From Gammaproteobacteria bacterium (GTDB lineage: Bacteria > Pseudomonadota > Gammaproteobacteria > HK1), in contig JAJFJU010000003.1 in the NCBI GenBank assembly GCA_021773645.1, forward strand, positions 119,495 to 183,494: 64,000 bases of DNA. The letters run 5' to 3'. Shown one piece after another: positions 50,652 through 61,784 of the stretch. A program made the translations under genes and the position numbers. Position 1 is the stretch's first letter. Each line of letters starts with the position of its first letter. The notes beneath the pieces are model-generated. The model worked only from the letters and a program-made list of their open reading frames with translations. It ran no database searches and was not told the DNA's origin.

Positions 50652-53600
50652 ATGAGGGATTCTGCTTTTCCGAAGAAACAGGGGCTGTATGACCCCCGGA
50701 ACGAGCACGACAACTGCGGCATTGGTTTTGTCGCTGACATTAAAAATCGTCCGAGCAATGACGTGGTTTGCCAGGGGCTGCAAATTCTGGAAAACCTGAC
50801 CCATCGAGGGGCCGTAGGTGCCGATCCGTTGGCTGGAGATGGCGCAGGCATACTCATTCAGATTCCCGATGCGTTGTTGCGTGCCGAGTGCGAAGCGCTT
50901 GGTTTCCCGCTTCCGAAGGTCGGAGAATACGGCGTTGGCATGGTGTTTCTGCCGCAGGCAGAGGCGCTTAGGGCGACGGTGGAAGAGGCCATTGAGGAGT
51001 TGGTGATAGTCGAGGGGCAGCAGATCCTGGGCTGGCGTGATGTGCCTCGTGATAACAGCTGCCTAGGTGAGAGCGTTAAACCCGGCGAGCCGATGATTCG
51101 TCAGCTGTTTATTGGTCGTGGTGCCGGATGTGCCGATACCAATGCCTTTGAGAGCAAGTTATTCATCATCCGCAAGCAGATTCGTCTGCATGTGCTCGAT
51201 GCTCTCAATGAGGAGGATGCGGATTTTCACGTGCCTTCCATGTCTGCTCGTACCATCGTCTACAAGGGCATGGTGCTCGCCTCTAATGTAAAGAATTATT
51301 ATCTTGACCTGCAGGATGAGCGTACCGCATCGGCCTTGGCCTTGGTGCATCAGCGCTTTTCCACCAACACCTTCCCCTCCTGGTCGCGCGCGCAGCCGTT
51401 CCGTTTCCTCTGCCATAACGGCGAGATCAATACCATGCGCGGTAACGTCAACTGGATGGCGGCTCGTCGCAATACTATGCGTTCCAAGGTGTTGGGTGAT
51501 GATCTGCAGAAGCTCTGGCCGCTGATTGGTGAAGGGCTTTCCGATTCAGCAAGCTTTGATAATGCTCTGGAACTGCTGGTGGCCGGTGGTTATTCGCTGG
51601 CACACGCCATGATGATGATGGTGCCGGAGGCCTGGGCCAATAATCCGCTCATGGACGATGAGCGTCGTGCCTTTTATGAGCATCATGCGGCCATCATGGA
51701 GCCTTGGGATGGCCCTGCAGCGCTAGCCTTTACCAATGGCCTGCAAATTGGAGCTACGCTCGATCGCAACGGACTGCGTCCGGCGCGTTATCTGGTGACT
51801 GACGATGATCGCGTGGTCATGGCCTCGGAAATGGGGGTGTTAGATATTCCGGAAGAGCGCATCGTCAAGAAATGGCGTTTGCAGCCCGGCAAGATGTTCC
51901 TGATCGACCTGGAAAAAGGCCGCATTATTGATGATGCTGAGATCAAGGCAGAGCTGGCTTCCGCTCATCCCTATCAGGATTGGCTGGACAAAAACCAGAT
52001 CCGCTTGCGCAAGCTGCCCAGCGAGGAGCCAGCTATGCCGCCGGGGCGTGAGACCCTGCTCGATCGCCAGCAGGCCTTTGGCTATACCCAGGAGGACATT
52101 AAGTTTCTGCTGACTCCCATGGCACTGACCGGCCAGGAGGCTATCGGCTCCATGGGTGCGGACAATCCACAGGCGGTATTGTCTAATCGGGCCAAGCCGC
52201 TGTTTAACTATTTCAAGCAAAATTTTGCCCAGGTTACCAATCCACCCATCGATCCAATCCGTGAGGATCTGGTGATGTCACTGGTTTCCCTCATTGGGCC
52301 ACGCCCCAATTTGCTGGGTTTCGACGACCAGGGTGAGCAGCTGCGCCTTGAGGTAAAGCAGCCGGTGCTAACCAATACCGATCTCGAGCGGATTCGACGG
52401 ATTGAGGATCTTACACGGGGTGCTTTCCGTACTCTGACCCTGGATATTTGCTACGCGGCAGATACCGGCGTTGCGGGCATGGAGCCCGCGGTCGATGCCC
52501 TGTGCGCCAAGGCAGAGCAGGCGGTGCTGGACGGTAATAATATTCTGATTCTCTCGGATCGTGGCGTTGGTCCAGAGCACTTGCCGATCCCGATTTTGTT
52601 GGCGGCAGCGGCTGTGCACCAGCATTTGGTACGCACTGGGCTGCGGACCTCCACCGGTCTAGTGGTGGAGAGTGGTGCAGTGCGTGAGGTGCATCATTTT
52701 GCCACCCTCGCGGGCTATGGTGTTGAGGCGATCAATCCCTATCTGACATTTGAAACACTCGCCTCCATGCGCAGGCAGTTGGCAGAGGACCTTAGCGAGA
52801 AAGAGCTAAACCGGCGCTTCATCAAAGCCGTGGGCAAGGGCATGCTCAAGGTCATGTCGAAGATGGGCATTTCCACCTATCAGTCCTATTGCGGGGCTCA
52901 GATTTTTGATGCGATAGGACTATCCAGCGAATTTGTAGAGCGATATTTCACCGGTACGCCGACGGTGATCGAGGGTGCGGGCATCGAAGAAATTGCCCGC
53001 GAGGCCGTGAGTTGGCATCGCGATGCCTACGGTGACGCGGCTATTTATCGTGACGCACTCGATGTGGGCGGCGATTATGCCTACCGTATTCGTGGCGAAG
53101 AGCATGCCTGGACGCCGGATACTATCTCCAAGCTACAGCATGCCACCCGTGCCAATGATGCCCGCCTATTCGGTGAATACACCGATCTCATTAACCAGCA
53201 GGACAAGCGCCTGCTGACCCTGCGCGGTTTGTTTGAGCTACGTTTTGCCGACAAGCCGGTGCCTCTGGATGAGGTGGAGCCAGCAAGCGAAATCGTTAAG
53301 CGCTTTTCTACTGGCGCCATGTCCTTCGGTTCGATTTCCTACGAGGCTCATACCACCTTGGCTATTGCCATGAACCGTCTGGGTGGCAAATCCAATACCG
53401 GTGAGGGCGGTGAGTTGGTGGAGCGCTTTACGCCGCTGGAAAATGGCGATTCCATGCGCTCGGCCATCAAACAGGTGGCCTCGGGACGCTTTGGAGTAAC
53501 CGGTGAATATCTGGCCAATGCGGACGAAATCCAGATCAAGATGGCCCAGGGCGCCAAGCCTGGTGAGGGTGGTCAGCTGCCGGGTCATAAAGTGGATGCA

Positions 53601-55298
53601 ACCATTGCCCGGGTGCGTCATTCCACCCCGGGTGTGGGGCTGATTTCACCGCCACCACATCATGATATCTATTCCATCGAGGATCTGGCCCAGCTGATCC
53701 ACGATCTAAAAAATGCCAATGACCAGGCACGTATCAGCGTCAAGCTGGTGTCGGAGCACGGTGTCGGTACCGTGGCCGCGGGTGTCGCCAAGGCACACGC
53801 CGACCACGTCACCATTTCTGGTGGTGAGGGTGGCACTGGGGCCAGCCCGCAGACCTCCATCAAACACGCCGGATCGCCTTGGGAACTAGGCCTTGCCGAA
53901 ACCCATCAGACGCTGGTGCTGAACCACCTGCGCGGGCGTATCGCGGTGCAGGCAGATGGCGGTATGCGTACCGGTCGTGACGTGGTAGTCGGGGCCCTGC
54001 TGGGTGCCGATGAGTTTGGTTTTGCCACCGGTCCGCTCATCGTCGAGGGCTGCATCATGATGCGCAAGTGTCACCTCAACACCTGTCCGGTCGGAGTGGC
54101 TACCCAGGATGCGGAACTGCGTAAGCGCTTCACCGGCAAGCCTGAGCACATCGTTAATTTCTTCATGCTGATGGCGGAAGAGATTCGCGAAATGATGGCG
54201 AAACTTGGGTTCCGTCACTTTAATGACATGATCGGCCGCTCGGATCTCATTGATAAACGCGAGGCCATTTCCAATTGGAAGGCTAGGGGGCTGGATTTCA
54301 CCCGCGTCCTGCATCAGCCGGAAGTGGGTTCCGAGGTGGCGCTATACAATTGCGAGCCTCAGGATCATGGGCTCGATAAGGCGCTGGATCAGGAGCTGAT
54401 TCGTCAGGCGCAGCCCGCGCTTGATGAAGGCAAGCCGGTAAGCATCGATATTCCGATTAAGAATATCAATCGCACCGTGGGTACTTTGTTGTCCAGCCGA
54501 GTGGCACGGAATTATGGCCTTGCGGGGCTGCCTGAAGACACCATTTCCATCACCCTGCGCGGCACCGCCGGGCAGAGCTTCGGTGCCTTCTTGGCCCGCG
54601 GCGTGAGCTTTGAGCTCATCGGTGAGGGCAATGATTATGTCGGCAAAGGACTTTCCGGTGGGCGTATCGCCATTTATCCGCCGGCAGAGTCCAAAATTGT
54701 GGCGGAGGAGAACATTATCGTCGGCAACACCGTGCTTTACGGCGCTACCGAGGGTGAGTGTTATTTCCGCGGGGTGGCTGGCGAGCGCTTTGCTGTGCGT
54801 AACTCCGGTGCCACTGCGGTGGTGGAAGGGGTTGGTGACCACGGTTGTGAATATATGACCGGCGGCGTGGTGGTGGTGCTTGGCCAGTCCGGGCGCAACT
54901 TTGGTGCCGGCATGAGCGGTGGTATCGCTTATGTATTGGACGAGGCCGGTGATTTTCCCGCGCGCTGTAATCTCGCGATGATCGAGCTCGAACCCATCGC
55001 TGAGGAAGATGATGCGTTAGAGAGCCTGGATCATCAGGGGGGCGATCTGGAGACTCACGGGCGGGTAGATGTGAGTGCTGATATGTCTCGCTTTGATGCC
55101 CAGCGCCTGCGCGGATTGATAGAGAAACATCTGCACTACACCAACAGTGACCGTGCCCGCACGATTCTTGACCACTGGGAGGAGTACCTGCCCAAGTTCG
55201 TCAAGATTATGCCGGTGGAATATCGCCGTGTGTTGCAGGAAATGAAACAGACTAAGGCCAGCGCAGAGGCTGCGGCCAGCTCGAAGGGGAGAAATTAG
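50652..55298 (+). CDS. gltB: Glutamate synthase large subunit
   Basis: [14 protein letters not shown] (Ntn amidotransferase Cys), followed by FMN, Fe-S and GXGXG domains. The ATG at 50652 follows GAGG. Confidence 0.97.
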   Translation: MRDSAFPKKQGLYDPRNEHDNCGIGFVADIKNRPSNDVVCQGLQILENLTHRGAVGADPLAGDGAGILIQIPDALLRAECEALGFPLPKVGEYGVGMVFLPQAEALRATVEEAIEELVIVEGQQILGWRDVPRDNSCLGESVKPGEPMIRQLFIGRGAGCADTNAFESKLFIIRKQIRLHVLDALNEEDADFHVPSMSARTIVYKGMVLASNVKNYYLDLQDERTASALALVHQRFSTNTFPSWSRAQPFRFLCHNGEINTMRGNVNWMAARRNTMRSKVLGDDLQKLWPLIGEGLSDSASFDNALELLVAGGYSLAHAMMMMVPEAWANNPLMDDERRAFYEHHAAIMEPWDGPAALAFTNGLQIGATLDRNGLRPARYLVTDDDRVVMASEMGVLDIPEERIVKKWRLQPGKMFLIDLEKGRIIDDAEIKAELASAHPYQDWLDKNQIRLRKLPSEEPAMPPGRETLLDRQQAFGYTQEDIKFLLTPMALTGQEAIGSMGADNPQAVLSNRAKPLFNYFKQNFAQVTNPPIDPIREDLVMSLVSLIGPRPNLLGFDDQGEQLRLEVKQPVLTNTDLERIRRIEDLTRGAFRTLTLDICYAADTGVAGMEPAVDALCAKAEQAVLDGNNILILSDRGVGPEHLPIPILLAAAAVHQHLVRTGLRTSTGLVVESGAVREVHHFATLAGYGVEAINPYLTFETLASMRRQLAEDLSEKELNRRFIKAVGKGMLKVMSKMGISTYQSYCGAQIFDAIGLSSEFVERYFTGTPTVIEGAGIEEIAREAVSWHRDAYGDAAIYRDALDVGGDYAYRIRGEEHAWTPDTISKLQHATRANDARLFGEYTDLINQQDKRLLTLRGLFELRFADKPVPLDEVEPASEIVKRFSTGAMSFGSISYEAHTTLAIAMNRLGGKSNTGEGGELVERFTPLENGDSMRSAIKQVASGRFGVTGEYLANADEIQIKMAQGAKPGEGGQLPGHKVDATIARVRHSTPGVGLISPPPHHDIYSIEDLAQLIHDLKNANDQARISVKLVSEHGVGTVAAGVAKAHADHVTISGGEGGTGASPQTSIKHAGSPWELGLAETHQTLVLNHLRGRIAVQADGGMRTGRDVVVGALLGADEFGFATGPLIVEGCIMMRKCHLNTCPVGVATQDAELRKRFTGKPEHIVNFFMLMAEEIREMMAKLGFRHFNDMIGRSDLIDKREAISNWKARGLDFTRVLHQPEVGSEVALYNCEPQDHGLDKALDQELIRQAQPALDEGKPVSIDIPIKNINRTVGTLLSSRVARNYGLAGLPEDTISITLRGTAGQSFGAFLARGVSFELIGEGNDYVGKGLSGGRIAIYPPAESKIVAEENIIVGNTVLYGATEGECYFRGVAGERFAVRNSGATAVVEGVGDHGCEYMTGGVVVVLGQSGRNFGAGMSGGIAYVLDEAGDFPARCNLAMIELEPIAEEDDALESLDHQGGDLETHGRVDVSADMSRFDAQRLRGLIEKHLHYTNSDRARTILDHWEEYLPKFVKIMPVEYRRVLQEMKQTKASAEAAASSKGRN

Positions 55299-55300
55299 GC

Positions 55301-56743
55301 ATGGGCAAACCCACTGGATTTATGGAGATCAGCCGGCGTGAGCGGACTTTTGCCCCGGCGAGTGACCGGGTGCGTCATTACACCGAGTTTTTTATTCCGC
55401 TCGCCGAGCAAGAGGTGCAGGACCAGGGTGCCCGTTGCATGGATTGCGGCATTCCCTTCTGTCACAACGGTTGCCCGGTTAACAACATCATTCCCGACTG
55501 GAATGATCTGGTTTATCGCGGCTCCTGGAGGCAGGCGCTGGATGTGCTGCACTCCACCAACAATTTCCCGGAGTTCACCGGGCGCATTTGCCCCGCTCCA
55601 TGCGAGGCGGCCTGCACCCTTAACATTGATGAGAATTCCGTAACCATCCGTACCATTGAATGTGCCATCGTTGACCGCGGCTGGGATGAAGGCTGGATCG
55701 TGCCACAGGTGGCGGCACGCAAGACTGGCAAGCGGGTTGCGGTGGTTGGTTCCGGCCCCTCCGGTCTTGCTTGTTCCCAGCAGTTGGCGCGGGCTGGCCA
55801 CGAGGTGCATCTGTTTGAGAAGAACGATCGCATCGGTGGACTCATGCGCTACGGTATTCCTGACTTCAAGCTCGGCAAGCAAAATATCGATCGGCGCATG
55901 GCGCAGATGCGTGCCGAGGGCGTGGTCTTCCGTGCCGGGGTGCACATCGGTGTCGACGTTGCTGCCAAGCGTTTGGTCGATGAATTTGATGCGGTGGTGT
56001 TGACCGGTGGCTCTGAGAAGCCGCGTGACCTGCCAGTGCCCGGTCGGGAACTGGATGGCGTTCATTACGCACTCGAATTTCTGCCACAGCAAAACAAGCG
56101 CAATGCCGGCGACGAGATTCCTGAAGATATCAGCATCTATGCCAAGGACAAGCACGTGGTGGTCATCGGCGGTGGTGATACCGGTTCCGACTGTATCGGC
56201 ACCTCCAATCGCCAGGGCGCGCGTTCGGTCACCCAGATTGAGATTATGCCGAAGGCCCCGGACATGGAAAACAAGGCTGTGACCTGGCCCAACTGGCCGA
56301 TGAAGCTGCGTACCTCCTCTTCACACGAGGAAGGTGCGGGCCGTGACTGGTCCGTGATCACCAAGTCCTTCACGGGTGAAGATGGCCGTGTCACTACCCT
56401 CAATGCAGCGCGTGTCGATTGGGTTAGCAATGGCAAGGGTGGCTGGGATATGAAGGAGATCGAGGGCAGTGAATTCGAGCTCAAGGCTGATCTCGTGTTG
56501 CTTGCTATGGGCTTCCTGCACCCGGTGCATCAGGGCATGTTGGAAGAGCTCGGGGTGGATCTCGACCCACGCGGCAACGTGCTGGCGGATACCGAGGGCT
56601 ACCAGACCTCTGTTCCCAAGGTATTTGCTGCTGGCGACATGCGTCGCGGCCAATCCTTAGTGGTGTGGGCTATCCGCGAGGGCCGTCAGGCCGCCCGCGA
56701 GGTGGATTCCTTCCTCATGGGGGAGTCAGACTTGCCCCGTTAG
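55301..56743 (+). CDS. gltD: Glutamate synthase small subunit
   Basis: Cys clusters ([18 protein letters not shown]) and dinucleotide-binding folds ([20 protein letters not shown]). Confidence 0.96.
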   Translation: MGKPTGFMEISRRERTFAPASDRVRHYTEFFIPLAEQEVQDQGARCMDCGIPFCHNGCPVNNIIPDWNDLVYRGSWRQALDVLHSTNNFPEFTGRICPAPCEAACTLNIDENSVTIRTIECAIVDRGWDEGWIVPQVAARKTGKRVAVVGSGPSGLACSQQLARAGHEVHLFEKNDRIGGLMRYGIPDFKLGKQNIDRRMAQMRAEGVVFRAGVHIGVDVAAKRLVDEFDAVVLTGGSEKPRDLPVPGRELDGVHYALEFLPQQNKRNAGDEIPEDISIYAKDKHVVVIGGGDTGSDCIGTSNRQGARSVTQIEIMPKAPDMENKAVTWPNWPMKLRTSSSHEEGAGRDWSVITKSFTGEDGRVTTLNAARVDWVSNGKGGWDMKEIEGSEFELKADLVLLAMGFLHPVHQGMLEELGVDLDPRGNVLADTEGYQTSVPKVFAAGDMRRGQSLVVWAIREGRQAAREVDSFLMGESDLPR

Positions 56744-58026
56744 TGCAAAGAGTTCAACAGCCTGTTGGACAGAGACCATAGCTCTCTGGATAAAACCTCC
56801 ACTTTCCTAAGCAGGTGAGTGGAGGTTTTTTTATGCCCGGGGAGCGTGCTATGCGAGGTTGAGCGCGCCAGAATCCGGATAGCCATGGGAATGAGTTCAC
56901 GAAGACGCGGCCATGAACCTCGACGGTTGCGCCGAAGGGCTCGTGCGGGTTTGGGTAGCTGGTGGTCACGTGTGGGAGCTTGTACACGCCCCGGCAGGGA
57001 GAATTCATACTGTGTTGTACCTATAGTGAGTACCGTATTACCTTGATGCAGCACGTTAGCGGTGACGTCATGCACTTGCACTGACTGGAATGGATCCTCG
57101 AAGATGCGCGACGGATTCTTTGGGTTGTGCCCTTTGTAGATCGCTTCGATATTGGGTAACAGCCTGCCATCGAGTCCACTGGAGTCGATTCCCATGAGCT
57201 GTGCCCGGGCCGAGCGGGGGTCAAGTGATTGAACCCTGCCCTGCTTCAGCCATGGCAGCAGCGTTTCGGCATAGATATCCTTGATACGTCGCAACACGGG
57301 ATGGGTTATAGCAATATTACTGTGCAGCGTGGTCAGGGTCTGGAATGCATCCATGAGCATTCCCAGGCGCATTTCCGCGTAGCAGCGGGAGAGATAAAGG
57401 CGGGCAAGGGCAGTACGCTCGTTGCTTTCCACTGGCACCCGGACACGACCCGGTGCCACGCGCTGAACGGAGTCGATAACACCCTGAAAATCACCCCGAT
57501 CGAAGTTAAGCAGACTCATCAGTTCAGCGGTGTGGAGTTTCCAGCCATCCAGAGCGTGGTCTTGGGCCATTACCGCACGTTCCAGTGCCAGATTCTGATC
57601 CCCGGAATTGGCATAGACCAGTGCCAACCCAGATTGTGCCTTTGAGCGAGATGGCCATAGAGCCGTCGTCGCATACAAGATCCCAGCCGGGGCGACACTT
57701 TCGTGTGCGCCCTTGTTACCAATTAGCAGGGCCAGCGCGGCGGTTTCTAGATGGCTGCCACGCTGCGTAAGAGGGCACTTATTCAGGGTATAGAGCAGAT
57801 ACTCGCGGGTGGTTTCGACGCGTGTGCTGTTGCTGCGGTTGTCCAGCGAGTCCTCGAGTAGGTTTGACAGCATCGAGGTGTGTTGATCAATCTGGGAAGA
57901 TGTACGGGCGCGGCGCAGGTGCCCTGCCTGGACGGCTACGTTGAGCAGGGCTGTACGCCGATGGCTATCACGACTAAAGCCCGGATCGATAAAGGCCGGG
58001 GCATCTGCGGTGCTCAATTGCGTCAT
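56740..58026 (-). CDS. Orphan hypothetical protein, helical-repeat-like; 3' end doubtful
   Basis: The ATG at 58026 follows GAGG, and the ORF can extend to 58110. I recognise no motif. The last ~70 codons are Arg/Ser-rich, run through the gltD terminator hairpin, and end in a stop codon that overlaps the gltD stop. Confidence 0.4.
   Translation of the reverse strand: MTQLSTADAPAFIDPGFSRDSHRRTALLNVAVQAGHLRRARTSSQIDQHTSMLSNLLEDSLDNRSNSTRVETTREYLLYTLNKCPLTQRGSHLETAALALLIGNKGAHESVAPAGILYATTALWPSRSKAQSGLALVYANSGDQNLALERAVMAQDHALDGWKLHTAELMSLLNFDRGDFQGVIDSVQRVAPGRVRVPVESNERTALARLYLSRCYAEMRLGMLMDAFQTLTTLHSNIAITHPVLRRIKDIYAETLLPWLKQGRVQSLDPRSARAQLMGIDSSGLDGRLLPNIEAIYKGHNPKNPSRIFEDPFQSVQVHDVTANVLHQGNTVLTIGTTQYEFSLPGRVQAPTRDHQLPKPARALRRNRRGSWPRLRELIPMAIRILARSTSHSTLPGHKKTSTHLLRKVEVLSRELWSLSNRLLNSLH
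56792..56832 (+). terminator. Intrinsic terminator of gltBD (structurally bidirectional)
   Basis: A perfect 12-bp stem AAAACCTCCACT / AGTGGAGGTTTT with a 14-nt loop, whose last four T extend into a run of 7 T (3 beyond the stem); the stem's leading A-run gives a U-tract on the minus strand. Confidence 0.85.
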
Positions 58027-58242
58027 TTTTTGCCTCAATGGCACGAAACAAGGCTTCGGTAGCTCGTACCGCATCCTTGTGTGTGTATCCAAGATTGAGC
58101 GGGCTGCCATGAAGTTGTGGTCGTGTTAATCAGACCGTCTTGTCGTTGACGACAGCCATCCCTCTAGAGGAAGTATAGGACGAATATACTCGCTAGTTTT
58201 ATAAAGTTGACTGGTGTTGGGCCTAAGGACACTGCTGGTTGA

Positions 58243-58476
58243 CTAGTGGTGTGAGCTGTCTCTGGATTTGGTGGCCATCAGGCTAGCGTAAGCGATGAGT
58301 AGGAGGAATGAGCCCAGCAGGGGCAATAAGACATAGTCGAGATAGCCGGTCCATGCCGCGATGCCTAGGGCGCTAAATAGCAGCACTAGCACAGGGGTAA
58401 AACAACAGATGGCGGTGAGGATGGCACCAATAATCCCAACCCGAAGGAGTTGTTTTTGAGTGTTGGATTTCACCCG
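58243..58476 (-). CDS. MerF-like two-helix membrane protein
   Basis: LLRVGIIGAILTAICCFTPVLVLL...TGYLDYVLLPLL is very close to plasmid MerF. It lacks MerF's C-terminal CC pair. The GTG start at 58476 overlaps the upstream stop (GTGA). Confidence 0.8.
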   Translation of the reverse strand, partial: RVKSNTQKQLLRVGIIGAILTAICCFTPVLVLLFSALGIAAWTGYLDYVLLPLLGSFLLLIAYASLMATKSRDSSHH

Positions 58477-58703
58477 CAACAACCTTTCTGCTCCTGGATG
58501 GGTGGGCAGGGCACATCACCGTAGGAACAGAAGACGCAGCAATCCCCGGAGAGCGGTTTAAGCAGGCTGCTGCATTGGGAGCATTCGTAAAAATACTGGC
58601 AGTAGTCGGAGGGCATGGTCAGGGTTTCTTCGTGTCCGCAGCAGGGACAGGTGAGGGTGGATTCTGCGATGACCTTCGGGGCTTGGTGGATTGGCTTAAC
58701 CAT
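58470..58703 (-). CDS. GDCCVxC-motif cysteine-rich protein
   Basis: 77 aa with a zinc-ribbon-like CPCCG...CSQC, then GDCCVFCSYG and a C-terminal GCCG. The start overlaps the DUF190 stop by 8 nt. Confidence 0.75.
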   Translation of the reverse strand: MVKPIHQAPKVIAESTLTCPCCGHEETLTMPSDYCQYFYECSQCSSLLKPLSGDCCVFCSYGDVPCPPIQEQKGCCG

Positions 58704-59013
58704 GGGCTTTTATATTTGCCTGTGCATCCCATGAGACGATATGGCCTGGCTCCAGTAGCGTATTCAGATGGATGAGCACGGTCTGTACTCGTTTTGGTCG
58801 GTCAAAGAATTCGATCACCAGCGGCAGATCAAAGGCCATGTCCATGAGAGTAGAGGAATGCATCTTTCCAGACTTGCCGAAGCCGCTAATGCCTCGGAAT
58901 ACGGTGACGCCGTGTACTTTGCTTTCGTCATGCAGATAGGTGAGCAGGGATTTGAGGCGTTTTTCTCCCTCGGTGAGATAAATGCGCACCATGGTGACTT
59001 GGGTGTATTTCAT
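58696..59013 (-). CDS. DUF190 protein
   Basis: MVRIYLTEGEK...HGVTVFRGISGFG. The ATG at 59013 overlaps the crcB stop (ATGA). The longer ORF to 59193 is crcB shadow. Confidence 0.85.
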   Translation of the reverse strand: MKYTQVTMVRIYLTEGEKRLKSLLTYLHDESKVHGVTVFRGISGFGKSGKMHSSTLMDMAFDLPLVIEFFDRPKRVQTVLIHLNTLLEPGHIVSWDAQANIKAHG

Positions 59014-59384
59014 AACTGCCTTCCCATTTGCAGGCCAGCCCAGCACGCTAGCAGACAGAGCGACACGCTGAGCAGGATATTGAGCCCGGCGCGGAGTTGT
59101 TCTCCCTGTTCCAGCAGGTTCAGGGTTTCGATGGAAAAGGTAGAGAAGGTGGTGAAGGCGCCCAGCAGGCCGATGAGCAGGGCGGCGCGCCATTCCGTGC
59201 TGCTCAGGGTGCGTTCTACCAGCAGCACATAGAAAAACCCCATCAACAGGGAGCCCAGCAGATTGACTGTCAGGGTGCCGAAGGGAAAGCCACGCCCGAG
59301 GAAAAGATGCACCAGATTGGAGAGGCCGTAACGCAACACGGCCCCCAAGGCGCCGCCTGCGGCGATGGCGATTACCTGGGGCAT
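59010..59384 (-). CDS. crcB: Fluoride channel CrcB/FluC
   Basis: 124 aa, four TM helices, with GGALGAVLRY, FPFGTLTVNLLGS and GAFTTFSTF motifs. Confidence 0.93.
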   Translation of the reverse strand: MPQVIAIAAGGALGAVLRYGLSNLVHLFLGRGFPFGTLTVNLLGSLLMGFFYVLLVERTLSSTEWRAALLIGLLGAFTTFSTFSIETLNLLEQGEQLRAGLNILLSVSLCLLACWAGLQMGRQL

Positions 59385-59393
59385 TCTATATCC

Positions 59394-59738
59394 CTAGTCT
59401 GCAAGATCCAGATGCCCGCGCTTGACCGCCTGACTAAGGGCATCAAAACCACTGAGTACTTCCTCGTAGGCCTGACGATAGTTACGCAGCCGGCGCAGGG
59501 TGTCGGCGTCCGGGATGCTGGAATCGCCCTTACCTGAAACCTTCATGACCTCCTTGATATAAAGGGCACGGATGTTGGCCACTGCGCCTGCGACGTCCAT
59601 GAAGGATTGTTGGCTTACGGGGCCAATCTGGGTCTCGATACTTGCCCGGTTGATGCTGCCAATGCGATTTTCGAACTCCTTAAAGAAACGTTGGACGATC
59701 AAGTCCTGATCGGCATCCCGTCTGTTTGAGTCCACCAT
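59394..59738 (-). CDS. Hypothetical helical protein (114 aa), first gene of the crcB operon
   Basis: ATG at 59738; the ORF is open to 59804. It has no Cys, appears predominantly helical by eye, and ends 9 nt before the crcB start. Confidence 0.5.
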   Translation of the reverse strand: MVDSNRRDADQDLIVQRFFKEFENRIGSINRASIETQIGPVSQQSFMDVAGAVANIRALYIKEVMKVSGKGDSSIPDADTLRRLRNYRQAYEEVLSGFDALSQAVKRGHLDLAD

Positions 59739-59885
59739 ATGTGTATACCTTTGTTTTCGATGAGTCGTAGCGAGAGAGTAGCGAAAATATAATCCCTGCG
59801 CCAAGGTGCAGCTCGGTCCGGGTATACTGCCCGGTCGGTTTATTCCTCTGTAGTTAAAGAGGGCGTTGAAAAATTAGAGGCATCG

Positions 59886-61784
59886 TTGGTGGAACATCCG
59901 GAAAATTTCGAGGTTATCGTGGTTGGTGGCGGCCATGCGGGGAGTGAGGCGGCATTGGCTGCCGCGCGCATGGGCGCACGCACGCTGTTATTGACCCAGA
60001 GCATCGATAGCCTCGGCCAAATGAGCTGTAATCCCGCTATCGGGGGCATAGGCAAGGGTCATCTGGTACGCGAGATTGATGCCCTTGGTGGCATGATGGC
60101 GCGGGCGGCTGATCATTGTGGTATTCATTTTCGAACCCTCAATAGCCGCAAGGGACCGGCGGTACGTGCCACCCGTGCCCAGATTGATCGCAGCCTTTAC
60201 CGGAGCAGGGTGCGCCGGGAGTTGGAGCAGCAGGAAAACCTGCAGTTGTTTCAACAGACGGTGGAGGATCTGCTGGTGGAGGGCGGGGAGATCTGTGGGG
60301 TGCAAACCCAAATGGGTTTACGTTTCCGCGCCCCCACCGTGGTACTGACCGTAGGCACCTTTCTGGGTGGTCGTATCCACGTGGGGCTGAGCAACTACCA
60401 AGGAGGGAGAGCGGGGGACCCGCCCGCCAATGCGCTGGCACAGCGTTTGCGTGAGCTGCCTTTCAGGGTGGCGCGTCTGAAAACAGGTACACCACCACGC
60501 ATCGATGGGCGCAGTATCGATTTCTCCAAACTTGAGGTGCAGCCCGGGGATATACCGGTGCCGGTATTCTCGTATGTGGAAACCGCCGCGGCACATCCTC
60601 GTCAGGTGCCCTGTCATATCACCCGCACCAATTCCGAGACCCACGACATTATTCGCGCCGGGCTTGATCGGTCGCCCATGTATAGCGGTGAGATTGAGGG
60701 GGTCGGGCCACGGTACTGCCCCTCGGTAGAGGATAAGGTGGTGCGTTTTGCCGACAAGTCCTCGCACCAGATCTTTGTTGAGCCGGAGGGATTGGATAGT
60801 ACTGAGATCTATCCCAATGGTATTTCCACCAGCCTGCCCTTTGATGTGCAATATGCCTTGGTGCGTTCCATTGCCGGTTTTGAGCAGGCGCGTATTACGC
60901 GCCCTGGCTATGCCATTGAGTACGACTTCTTCGACCCGCGTGATCTGCATCCCTCGCTTGAGACTAGGCACCTGCCCGGCTTGTTCTTTGCTGGCCAGAT
61001 CAACGGCACCACGGGTTACGAGGAGGCCGCGGCCCAGGGTCTGCTCGCCGGTATCAATGCGGTGTTGAAAGGGCGCGGGGAAGCAGCATGGTGGCCGCGT
61101 CGGGACGAGGCCTATCTCGGTGTACTGGTGGATGATCTGATTACCCGCGGCACTACTGAGCCCTATCGCATGTTCACCAGCCGCGCCGAATATCGCCTGT
61201 TGCTGCGTGAGGACAACGCCGATCTGCGTCTCACCGAGCAGGGGCGGAGCCTGGGGCTGGTGGATGAGCAACGCTGGCGGAGCTTTATAGAAAAGCGCGA
61301 TGCCATTGAGGCTGAAGCGGCACGCCTTGCGGCCACAGTGGCTCCTGCCGGGGCGGTGCTAACGCGCTTGCTGGGTACGTCACCAAAGCAGGATTATCGC
61401 TTGCTTGAATTGCTCCGACGGCCCGAGGTGAGCTATGCCGAACTAATGACTTTGCCTGGTATCGGTCCCGGAGCGGCCGATGCGAAGGTTGCCGAGCAGG
61501 TGGAGGTGCAGGCCAAATATCATGGCTATATAGAGCGTCAGCAGGCCGAAGTTCGCCGCAGCCTGCGTCATGAAAAAACCCTGCTGCCCGCAGAATTGGA
61601 TTATGCGGTGGTACATGGCCTCTCCACGGAGATCAGCCAGAAACTCACCGCCCAGCGGCCGGCCACCCTGGGTCAGGCAGCTCGTATTCCCGGTGTTACG
61701 CCGGTGGCGATTTCCCTATTGTTGGTGCATTTGCGTCGTCGTGGTGGGGATAAGAGTAGTAAGGGAAAGCGCCAGCGTGCCTGA
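59886..61784 (+). CDS. mnmG: tRNA uridine-5-carboxymethylaminomethyl modification enzyme
   Basis: [16 protein letters not shown]; 632 aa. The start is TTG 59886 or GTG 59889, after AGAGG. Confidence 0.97.
   Translation: MVEHPENFEVIVVGGGHAGSEAALAAARMGARTLLLTQSIDSLGQMSCNPAIGGIGKGHLVREIDALGGMMARAADHCGIHFRTLNSRKGPAVRATRAQIDRSLYRSRVRRELEQQENLQLFQQTVEDLLVEGGEICGVQTQMGLRFRAPTVVLTVGTFLGGRIHVGLSNYQGGRAGDPPANALAQRLRELPFRVARLKTGTPPRIDGRSIDFSKLEVQPGDIPVPVFSYVETAAAHPRQVPCHITRTNSETHDIIRAGLDRSPMYSGEIEGVGPRYCPSVEDKVVRFADKSSHQIFVEPEGLDSTEIYPNGISTSLPFDVQYALVRSIAGFEQARITRPGYAIEYDFFDPRDLHPSLETRHLPGLFFAGQINGTTGYEEAAAQGLLAGINAVLKGRGEAAWWPRRDEAYLGVLVDDLITRGTTEPYRMFTSRAEYRLLLREDNADLRLTEQGRSLGLVDEQRWRSFIEKRDAIEAEAARLAATVAPAGAVLTRLLGTSPKQDYRLLELLRRPEVSYAELMTLPGIGPGAADAKVAEQVEVQAKYHGYIERQQAEVRRSLRHEKTLLPAELDYAVVHGLSTEISQKLTAQRPATLGQAARIPGVTPVAISLLLVHLRRRGGDKSSKGKRQRA

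Noticed and set aside
59739-59885. A possible oriC upstream of mnmG (gidA), as in enterobacteria.
   Set aside because: The region is only about 147 bp. It has no convincing TTATCCACA DnaA boxes (best match TGTGTATAC), no GATC cluster despite a dam gene, and no AT-rich 13-mers.
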